From Bacillota bacterium (GTDB lineage: Bacteria > Bacillota > Clostridia > Clostridiales > Clostridiaceae), in assembly GCA_023417975.1 (NCBI GenBank), contig JAEZDX010000386.1, forward strand, positions 1 to 22,339: a stretch of DNA of 22,339 bases, read 5' to 3'. The notes under the pieces are model-generated. The model ran no database searches, was not told where the DNA came from, and was given only the letters and a program-made list of their open reading frames with translations. Every line of letters starts with the position of its first letter. The first letter of the stretch is position 1. Positions 1 to 7,700 of this stretch are shown here, piece by piece. The position numbers were made by a program, and so were the translations under genes.

Positions 1-2
1 AT

Positions 3-848
3 ACTAATTCCAACACAGCAAATAATTCTACAGGAAAGTACATTGAATATACCGTAAAAGATGCTGAAACATTAAAAGATATATGCAAAAATTATGAAGA
101 AAAATGCCCTTCAACCATTTTAACAAAAGCAATATTGGATGCCAATAATCTAAAGAATTCCAATGATGTTAAAGCGGGTATGAAGCTGCGAATCCCGGAG
201 AAATATATTACTAATGGAATAAGCTATACTGTTAAGAGCGGTGACTCTCTTTCATCCATAGCTACAAAGTACATGAAGGATTCAAAGTTGAATGATGCAG
301 TTAAGGCTATTTTAAATGATAACTTTCTTTCAAACGACACTATAAGAACAGGAGATCTTTTGTTTATAGAAACTACTGACACCAGTGCTGCCAATGCCGG
401 CGTTAATGATAAGGACACTAATAAAGACGATGACAAAAACGACACTAATGACGATAAAAGCACAAGTACAATGAGTACACTCACAAGTAGAATCGGAACT
501 CTTACAGATTACACAGTAATCCAAGGAGATACTCTTGATTCTATAAGCAGTAAATATAGTGATACCTGTCCTAAACAGATTGCAGCTAAGGTCATATTGA
601 AAGCTAACAACTTATCAAAGAGTACAGATATTAAAGTCGGAATGAAAATCAAATTACCAGAGCACTATCTTACTACTGGTGAAATTTATACTGTTGGGAA
701 CGGAGATACCTTATATAACATAGTATTGAAGAATATGCCAAATGTAAATGTAACTACAGGGATTCAAATACTTACGGATGATAACGGAATCCAGAACAAT
801 AACATTATGGCAGGCCAGAAATTATTTATTGCATCAATAACTGAGTAA
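3..848 (+). CDS. LysM-repeat protein, 5'-partial (reading frame is open to the window edge)
   Basis: The same frame as listed ORF 135..848 stays open back to nt 3 (TNSNTANNSTGKYIEYTVKDAETLKDICKNY...). There are four LysM-like repeats: YTVKDAETLKDI, YTVKSGDSLSSIATKY, YTVIQGDTLDSISSKY and YTVGNGDTLYNIV. An Asp/Asn/Lys/Thr-rich low-complexity linker (NDKDTNKDDDKNDTNDDKSTSTMST) lies between repeats 2 and 3. The stop is TAA at 846-848. Confidence 0.8.
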   Translation, partial: TNSNTANNSTGKYIEYTVKDAETLKDICKNYEEKCPSTILTKAILDANNLKNSNDVKAGMKLRIPEKYITNGISYTVKSGDSLSSIATKYMKDSKLNDAVKAILNDNFLSNDTIRTGDLLFIETTDTSAANAGVNDKDTNKDDDKNDTNDDKSTSTMSTLTSRIGTLTDYTVIQGDTLDSISSKYSDTCPKQIAAKVILKANNLSKSTDIKVGMKIKLPEHYLTTGEIYTVGNGDTLYNIVLKNMPNVNVTTGIQILTDDNGIQNNNIMAGQKLFIASITE

Positions 849-909
849 TGTATCTATAGGGTTCTAATTTTCAAAGTTATTTGAGCCACTATAATTCACA
901 GAATTTTCA

Positions 910-938
910 TTGATTTTTTGTGCATAAATATGTATAAT
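910..938 (+). promoter_or_regulatory. Near-consensus sigma-A-type promoter, TTGATT-N17-TATAAT, with TG adjacent to the -10 and no CDS directly downstream
   Basis: TTGATT at 910-915, a 17-nt spacer and TATAAT at 933-938. The next credible CDS starts at 1225, and a strong terminator lies in between. Confidence 0.45.
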
Positions 939-944
939 TATATA

Positions 945-1140
945 TAAATATAACAATGCCAACTTACTTTTATTTGTTTTCCCCTTTTATGCTCTGTTTA
1001 TGCAGAGTGCTCAAGGTAACGGGTTAAGAGCCACTTTCCCGTTACCGTTGTGGGGAAATATATAAGTTTAAGCTTCAACATATTTATGCACTTATAACCG
1101 ATTTTGATGCTATTGCATCAAAATCGGTTATTAATTTTTA
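945..1140 (+). ncRNA. Candidate small structured RNA or regulatory leader of unknown family, about 190 nt from promoter to terminator
   Basis: A three-stem structure is predicted downstream of the 910-938 promoter. The closing helix pairs 978-984 TTTCCCC with 1052-1058 GGGGAAA. Hairpin A pairs 990-996 with 1003-1009 (CTCTG/CAGAG core). Hairpin B pairs 1015-1023 GGTAACGGG with 1038-1046 CCCGTTACC around a 14-nt loop. The 1094-1131 terminator follows. The only internal ORF (956-1027, 23 aa) has no RBS. Confidence 0.3.
1094..1140 (+). terminator. Rho-independent terminator: perfect 17-bp stem, 4-nt loop, U-rich tail
   Basis: ATAACCGATTTTGATGC (1094-1110), loop TATT, GCATCAAAATCGGTTAT (1115-1131), then TAATTTTTA. 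It is oriented for + strand transcripts. Confidence 0.6.
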
Positions 1141-1224
1141 TAAAACTTTATACATTTTAGCAGGATTTTCACATGATATGTATTATAATATTATTATACA
1201 TATTTTTATTAGGAGGTTTTAGTT

Positions 1225-1866
1225 TTGACCGAATGGTGGAATACTTTATCCCCCGCTCTTCACTTTTATTGGTTTATTGCCTTTCCTTCCTCAGCGTTAT
1301 TTATTATCCAAACAGCATTAATTCTTATCGGAATAGGTGATTCACATTTTTTTGATCATGACTTTTCTCATACTTTATTGGATTCAAATCATGTAGATAC
1401 AAATACTGCCGATTCCTTAGAAAACGTTACAGCAACGTTTAAGTTTTTCACACTCAGAAATATAATTGTTTTTTTCACTGTATTTTCTTGGTGTGGTATA
1501 GTACTTACAACGAAAGGAGTTAACGGAATACTTGTATTTCTCATCTCACTGACAATCGGATTGCTTCTTATGTTTATAATTAGTCTCCTCTATTATTTTA
1601 TTACTAGGATGACTGAAGAAGGAACAATGAATCTGAATAATGCAGTGAATTGTCAAGGTGAAGTATACTTGACCATTCCAGCCATGCGAACAGAAACCGG
1701 AAAAGTTAATATAATTGTACAAGGTGCTTTACGAGAGCTTGAAGCAATCACTGATGGAGAAGAGATTCTTACCGGTGAAAAAGTGTTAGTTACAGAAATT
1801 GTAAATAACCAGTATTTACTGGTTGAGAAATATAATGTTACAGGAGGTATCAAAACATGCAATTAG
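1225..1866 (+). CDS. NfeD-like membrane protein (YuaF/NfeD short form)
   Basis: There are N-terminal hydrophobic helices and a C-terminal beta-rich segment (EVYLTIPAMRTETGKVNIIVQGALRELEAITDGEEILTGEKVLVTEI) typical of NfeD partners of flotillins. The start is TTG at 1225, 8 nt after AGGAGG (1211-1216). The stop is TAG and overlaps the flotillin start. Confidence 0.8.
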   Translation: MTEWWNTLSPALHFYWFIAFPSSALFIIQTALILIGIGDSHFFDHDFSHTLLDSNHVDTNTADSLENVTATFKFFTLRNIIVFFTVFSWCGIVLTTKGVNGILVFLISLTIGLLLMFIISLLYYFITRMTEEGTMNLNNAVNCQGEVYLTIPAMRTETGKVNIIVQGALRELEAITDGEEILTGEKVLVTEIVNNQYLLVEKYNVTGGIKTCN

Positions 1867-3269
1867 TCATAATAATTTCAATCATTGCTGTTGCTATTTT
1901 TTCTACTATAGCAGCCTTGTTATCCAGATACAAGAAATGTCCCTCAGACAAAGTTCTTGTAATTTACGGTAAGACGACCATGAGCAGCAGTGTAAGCCAT
2001 CCTTCTGCAAAGTGTATACATGGTGGTGCTGCCTTTGTATGGCCAATTATACAGAGTTACCAATTTTTAGACCTGACTCCTTTATCTATAGAGGTTAATT
2101 TAACAAAGGCATTAAGCCGTCAAAATATAAGAGTTGACGTGCCTTCCAGATTTACTGTAGGTATATCTACAGAACCGGAAGTTATGCCTAATGCTGCCGA
2201 GAGACTTCTCGGTCTGGATTTAGCCACAATACAGGAGCTTGCAAAGGATATTATATTCGGTCAGCTTCGTCTCGTTATAGCTACTATGGATATTGAAGAA
2301 ATAAATACTGACAGAGATAAGTTTCTTGCAAATGTATCAAAGTGCGTAGAAGCGGAATTAAAAAAGATAGGTTTAAAGCTCATTAACGTTAATATAACGG
2401 ATATTAAAGACGAGTCCGGATATATTGAGGCATTAGGTAAAGAAGCTGCTGCAAAGGCAATAAATGATGCTAAAAAGAGTGTTGCCGAAAAAGATAGAGA
2501 TGGTGCTATTGGACAAGCTAATGCACAAATGGACCAAAGGATCCGTGTATCTGAAGCCGATTCAAAAGCTGTAGAAGGAGAAAACATAGCCAGGATAACT
2601 ATAGCTAATTCTGAATCTGAAAAAAGAGAGCGTCAAGCAGAAGCTAACAGAAGAGCTGTAGCTGCCGAAAAAGTTCAGGCAGCTAAGGCACTGGAAGAAG
2701 CTTATTCTGCTGAAGAAGATGCTGAAAGAGCACGTGCTGAAAAAGAGAGAGCTACAAAACAAGCAGATATAATTGTTCACGCAGAGATTGAAAAACAGAA
2801 AGCCGAAATCGACGCTGAAGCCCTAGCCGAGACAATACGAAGAAAAGCAAAAGGTGAAGCTGATGCCATTCTTTTCAAAATGCAGGCAGAAGCTTCCGGT
2901 ATGATGGAGATTCTGAGCAAGCAAGCAGAAGGTTTTAGTAAGCTTGTAGCTGCCGCAGGAAATAGCGCTCAAGATGCAGTATCTCTTATGATTGCAGATA
3001 AGCTTGAAGACCTTGTTAAACTGCAGGTTGAAGCAATTCAAAATATCAAGATTGACAAAATTACTGTTTGGGATTCAATGAGCGGAGGCGATAATGGATC
3101 GCCAACTACTGCCAACTTTCTCTCGGGCATGTTGAAATCTATTCCGCCTATTGAAGATGTATTCAACATGGCAGGCTTAAAGCTTCCTGAATATTTAGGC
3201 ACTAAGAACGAAAAAGCCGAAGAAAAATCTATACCCTTAGAAGCTTCGGAAACCGTTATCGCTGAATAA
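1857..3269 (+). CDS. floT: Flotillin-like SPFH/band-7 protein (FloT/YuaG type)
   Basis: An N-terminal membrane anchor is followed by an SPFH domain. A long Ala/Glu-rich coiled-coil region follows (AEKVQAAKALEEAYSAEEDAERARAEKERATKQ...). The ATG at 1857 overlaps the nfeD stop by 10 nt, which suggests translational coupling. The stop is TAA. Confidence 0.85.
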   Translation: MQLVIIISIIAVAIFSTIAALLSRYKKCPSDKVLVIYGKTTMSSSVSHPSAKCIHGGAAFVWPIIQSYQFLDLTPLSIEVNLTKALSRQNIRVDVPSRFTVGISTEPEVMPNAAERLLGLDLATIQELAKDIIFGQLRLVIATMDIEEINTDRDKFLANVSKCVEAELKKIGLKLINVNITDIKDESGYIEALGKEAAAKAINDAKKSVAEKDRDGAIGQANAQMDQRIRVSEADSKAVEGENIARITIANSESEKRERQAEANRRAVAAEKVQAAKALEEAYSAEEDAERARAEKERATKQADIIVHAEIEKQKAEIDAEALAETIRRKAKGEADAILFKMQAEASGMMEILSKQAEGFSKLVAAAGNSAQDAVSLMIADKLEDLVKLQVEAIQNIKIDKITVWDSMSGGDNGSPTTANFLSGMLKSIPPIEDVFNMAGLKLPEYLGTKNEKAEEKSIPLEASETVIAE

Positions 3270-3285
3270 GAAAGCCATGTAAATG

Positions 3286-3322
3286 AAAAATGACTGCTCA
3301 TTTTTACAGAGCAGTCATTTTT
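3286..3322. terminator. Bidirectional intrinsic terminator between convergent floT (+) and gltD (-)
   Basis: AAAAATGACTGCTC (3286-3299), a 9-nt loop, GAGCAGTCAT (3309-3318), then TTTTT. A-tract on the left and T-tract on the right make it function on both strands. Confidence 0.6.
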
Positions 3323-3323
3323 G

Positions 3324-3974
3324 TTATACTTCCATTATATATTTATCTATGGCCTCAGCAGTTTTAAGTCCCTCAGCAAGAGCACGTACAACTAGAGATT
3401 GTCCAGTCTTCATATCCCCTGTAGCAAATACTCCCTTTACATTAGTCATATAATTCTCATCTGTAAGAACATTACCTCTGCCGTCAAGGTCAACCTTAAG
3501 TTCCTCCAGAAGCCCTTCTTTCTTAGGATTTGTAAATCCCATTGCAATAAGAATAAGATCGGCTTTCTGAATAAATTCACTGCCTTCGACTTCCTTCATT
3601 ACCATTCGGCCGTTCTCATCCTTCACCCAGTCAATCTTTATTCCGTGAAGAGCCTTAAGTATACCATTATGTCCTTCCACCTTTTTCGTGTTCACACACC
3701 ACTGTCTTTCACAGCCTTCTTCGTGAGAAGTAGATGTTTTAAGTGTTCTAGGGTATTCCGGCCAAGGCATTGTTTCATCTCTTTCCACAGGAGGCTTCGG
3801 CATTATTTCATATTGATAAATTTCCTTTGCTCCCTGCCTCTTAGCAGTACCTATACAGTCTGAACCTGTATCACCGCCGCCAATAACTATTACAGATTTA
3901 TCTTTGGCGTTTATCTCTTCTGACAATAGCTTCTTTCCGGAATTTATTCTATTTTGCTGTGTCAGGTACTCCAT
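3324..3974 (-). CDS. gltD: Glutamate synthase (NADPH) small subunit GltD, C-terminal segment, separated from the N-terminal segment by a single in-frame TAG
   Basis: MEYLTQQN...IVIGGGDTGSDCIGTAKRQGA...GVFATGDMKTGQSLVVRALAEG is the FAD/NAD(P)-binding C-terminal half of GltD. It is in the same frame as ORF 3993..4754. Translating through the TAG gives ...PRDLRVEGRE*KGVYFAMEYLTQQN, which is a contiguous GltD. An RBS-like AAGGGAG lies 11 nt upstream of the ATG at 3974. Confidence 0.85.
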   Translation of the reverse strand: MEYLTQQNRINSGKKLLSEEINAKDKSVIVIGGGDTGSDCIGTAKRQGAKEIYQYEIMPKPPVERDETMPWPEYPRTLKTSTSHEEGCERQWCVNTKKVEGHNGILKALHGIKIDWVKDENGRMVMKEVEGSEFIQKADLILIAMGFTNPKKEGLLEELKVDLDGRGNVLTDENYMTNVKGVFATGDMKTGQSLVVRALAEGLKTAEAIDKYIMEV

Positions 3975-3992
3975 AGCAAAATATACTCCCTT

Positions 3993-4754
3993 CTATTCTC
4001 TTCCTTCCACTCTTAAATCTCTCGGTACAGAACATCCACCCGCAAGAACCACGGCATCAAATTCCTGAAGCAGTTCAGAAGCCGATTTATCTTTACCTAT
4101 TTCGCAGCCAATGACAAACTCAATGCCCTCTTCCTTCATTACAGCGGCGCTTCTCTCTACTACATGCTTTTCAAGCTTGAAGTCCGGTATGCCATATCGC
4201 ATTAATCCGCCAATTTCATCATCTTTTTCAAATACAACAACTTCATGTCCAAAAGAGTTTAGTTTGCTGGCAGCTCCCAAGCCTGAAGGTCCTGACCCTA
4301 TAACTGCTATTCTCTTCCCGGTTCTTACCTTTGGTGGTTCAGGCTTAACCCATCCTTCCGAATAAGCTCTTTCTATTATGGAATACTCCATCTGTTCTAT
4401 TGTAACAGGATCTCTGTTTACCCCTAGCGTGCAAGAGCCCTCACAAGGTGCCGGACAAATTCTTCCCGTGAATTCTGGAAACGGATTTGTGAGAGAAAGT
4501 CTTTTATAAGCTTTTTCCCATTGATCCTTGTAAACCATATGATTAAATTCAGGTATTAAATTTCCAAGAGGGCACCCCCAATTGCAGAAAGGTATTCCGC
4601 AATCCATACATCTAGCTCCCTGTTCTCTCAATTTATCTCCAGGAAGGCTTAAATTGATTTCTTTATAGTCCTTTATTCTCTCTTCTACAGGCCTTTTTCC
4701 CGGTGCCATTCTTTTAAATTCCTTGAATCCAGTAACCTTTCCCATATTATGCAC
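3993..4754 (-). CDS. gltD: Glutamate synthase small subunit GltD, N-terminal segment (Cys-rich Fe-S region plus first dinucleotide-binding fold), ending at in-frame TAG 3993-3995
   Basis: The segment carries CMDCGIPFC...CPLGN and CPAPCEGSC cysteine motifs and the IAVIGSGPSGL Rossmann motif. The ATG at 4754 overlaps the gltB stop by 8 nt, which suggests translational coupling. The ORF ends at TAG, where homologues have a Leu codon. Confidence 0.85.
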   Translation of the reverse strand: MHNMGKVTGFKEFKRMAPGKRPVEERIKDYKEINLSLPGDKLREQGARCMDCGIPFCNWGCPLGNLIPEFNHMVYKDQWEKAYKRLSLTNPFPEFTGRICPAPCEGSCTLGVNRDPVTIEQMEYSIIERAYSEGWVKPEPPKVRTGKRIAVIGSGPSGLGAASKLNSFGHEVVVFEKDDEIGGLMRYGIPDFKLEKHVVERSAAVMKEEGIEFVIGCEIGKDKSASELLQEFDAVVLAGGCSVPRDLRVEGRE

Positions 4755-7700
4755 CTCTCTCTTCCTGTAATTTTGTCTCTTCTTCCTTTTTGGCCTTTAA
4801 TATTTGTTTATAGACTCTAGGAATAACCTTCTTGAATTTACTGCTGAATTCATCCCAATGTTCAAGTAAAGCCTGAGCTCTTTTACTTTGTGTAAGGTCA
4901 TAATGTTCTTGTACAAGTGCATGGAGCTGTTCCAAATCATCAGCTTCCAACCCTTCTATATCAACCAACTCAGTATTGCAATATTCCTTAAATGCATCTT
5001 TCTCATCAAACACATATGCAATTCCACCGCTCATTCCTGCAGAAAAATTTCTGCCATATCGGCCTAAAACAACCACCAAGCCTCCGGTCATATATTCGCA
5101 GCAGTGATCTCCCACACCTTCAACTACAGCTGTAGCACCACTGTTTCTAACAGCAAATCTTTCTCCTACGCAGCCATTTACAAAAAGCTTTCCTGAAGTA
5201 GCACCATATAGAATCGTATTACCTGCAATAAAATTCTCATGCTGGTTATAAGTAGCTTCAGATGGAGTTTTTAGAGCTACCTTTGCGCCTGACAATCCCT
5301 TTCCCACATAGTCGTTTGCTTCTCCTTCTAGAATGAGGGTAAGTCCTTTAGCGCCAAAGGCACCAAAGCTTTGACCTGCAGATCCTTTAAAATTAAATAC
5401 TATCGTATCTTCAGGCAGTCCCGAATTACCATATTTTTTTGCAATCTCTCCGCTGAGCATTGCTCCAATAGTTCTATGAACATTCTTCACTTCAAAATTG
5501 CCTGTAATAGGACTTCCTTCCTCTATTGCTCTCTTTGCACATTCAATGAGCCTGTAATCAAGGGATCTATCCAATCCATGATCTTGAGCTATTACACGGT
5601 ATGGCTTTATTCTGCTAGGAACATCCGGTCTGTAAAGAATAGGTGATAAATCAAGCTTTGAAGCCTTCCAATGATCAACAGCTTCATTTGCCTCCAGCTT
5701 ATCTGCACGTCCTATCATTTCATTTACAGTTCTAAAGCCAAGTTGAGCCATATATTCTCTTACTTCTTGAGCCAAGAAAGTAAAGAAGTTTATAAGATAT
5801 TCAGGCTTTCCTCTAAAATTCTTTCTAAGTTCAGGATCTTGAGTAGCTATACCCATATCACATGTATTTAAATGACAGTTTCTCAGCATTGTGCATCCCA
5901 ATACAACCAATGCCGTGGTAGCAAACCCGAATTCTTCAGCACCTAACAAGGCTGCTATGACTATATCTCTGCCTGTTTTAATCTGTCCATCCGTCTGCAC
6001 TCTAACCCTGCTTCTTAGGTTATTCATAACAAGCACTTGATGAGTTTCAGCCAATCCCAGTTCCCATGGTATTCCTGCATGCTTAATAGAAGATAATGGT
6101 GATGCACCTGTTCCTCCATCATAACCGCTTATCAATATCATGTCTGCATGAGCTTTTGCAACTCCTGCTGCAACAGTACCTACCCCTACTTCCGATACAA
6201 GCTTAACACTAATTCTTGCTGACGGATTTACATTTTTCAAATCGTAAATCAACTGTGACAAATCTTCAATAGAATAAATGTCATGATGAGGAGGAGGTGA
6301 AATCAAATCTATACCAGGTGTTGAATGTCTTACTCTGGCTATTTCCTTGTCTACCTTTGTACCCGCCAGCTGACCGCCTTCACCAGGTTTAGCTCCTTGA
6401 GCCATCTTTATTTGAAGCTCAATGGCATTTACAAGATATTCTGCTGTTACACCAAAGCGCGCAGAAGCTATCTGTTTAATTGCGCTTCTTCTTATATCAC
6501 CATTAGCATCTCTTGTGTATCTTACATTGTCCTCTCCGCCTTCACCGGAGTTGCTCTTAGCTCCAAGCCTATTCATAGCAATAGCTATGGTTTCATGTGC
6601 CTCTTTGCTTATTGATCCGAAAGACATTGCTCCCGTACAGAACCTTTTAACTATTTCACTGACAGGTTCAACCTCTTCTATAGGAATTGATTTTCCGTCG
6701 TTCTTAAACTTTAATAAGGATCTTAACGTACAAAGATTTTTGCTCTGATCATTTACTAGTGAAGTATATTCCTTAAAGGTCTTGTAATCCCCTCTTCTTA
6801 CTGCAATTTGTAATCTTGATATTGTCATAGGATTAAATAAATGGAACTCACCATCTTTTCTCCATGCATACTGTCCGCCTGATACAAGCTCCTTTAAAGG
6901 TCTTCTTATATTATTAAAAGCTTTTTTATGTCTAATAAGAACCTCTTCGGCTATAACGTCCAAGCCAATTCCACCGATTCTCGATGGTGTTCCCTCAAAG
7001 TACACATCAACAAAATCCTTAGCAAGACCGATAGCCTCAAAAATCTGAGCACCGTGATAGCTTTGCAAAGTACAGATTCCCATCTTGGACAATATTTTCA
7101 AAAGTCCGGCGCAAAGCGCTTTAATATAATTATCCAATGCCTTATGAACATCCGTATTTTCTATCTCTTTGTCTTCGATCATCTTCTCTATTGTTTCATA
7201 CGCCAAGTATGGATTTACTGCTGTAGCACCATAGCCCACCAAAAGTGCTAAATGCATAGTTTCTCTTGCTTCTCCGGTCTCTATAATAATTGAAACCTTT
7301 GTTCTTGTCTTTTCCCTTATCAAATGATGATGAACAGCAGCAACAGCTAACAAGCTAGGCATTGCCGCATCATAAGAATCCACCTTTTTATCACTGAGAA
7401 CCAATATATTGTAGCCTTCAGATATTCTCTTGGAAGCTCTTTCACATATTTTATCCAATGCCTTTTGGAACCCCTCTATTCCCATATCATATTTAAATGT
7501 AATAGGAATAACAGTGGACTTAAAATCCTTATTTCTAAAATTCATTATTTTAGCCATTTCTTCGTTAGTAACCACCGGCCTGTCTATTTCTATAAATGGA
7601 CTATCCTTATGATCATCACTCAAAATATTTTCCTGAGATCCAATGTAATTCATCAAAGACATTACAAGCTTTTCTCTTATAGGATCAATAGGAGGATTTG

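Noticed and set aside
956-1027. 23-aa ORF (MPTYFYLFSPFMLCLCRVLKVTG) inside the candidate sRNA
   Set aside because: There is no Shine-Dalgarno sequence. The sequence is better explained as paired RNA helices.
1141-1224. Separate sigma-A promoter for nfeD (TATAAT at 1184-1189)
   Set aside because: There is a good -10 but no acceptable -35 at 16-18 nt spacing. nfeD may instead be expressed by read-through from the 910-938 promoter.
1864-1872. Possibility that TAG is reassigned (amber read-through genome-wide), prompted by the gltD internal TAG and the nfeD TAG followed two codons later by TAA
   Set aside because: TAG terminates nfeD, argC and the M20D gene exactly where homologues end, and 9 genes use TAA. 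A single internal TAG in gltD is more parsimoniously a nonsense mutation or an error.
3399-3863. 154-aa + strand ORF inside gltD
   Set aside because: It is antisense to a well-supported GltD segment. It has Cys/His/Phe-rich composition typical of a spurious antisense frame.
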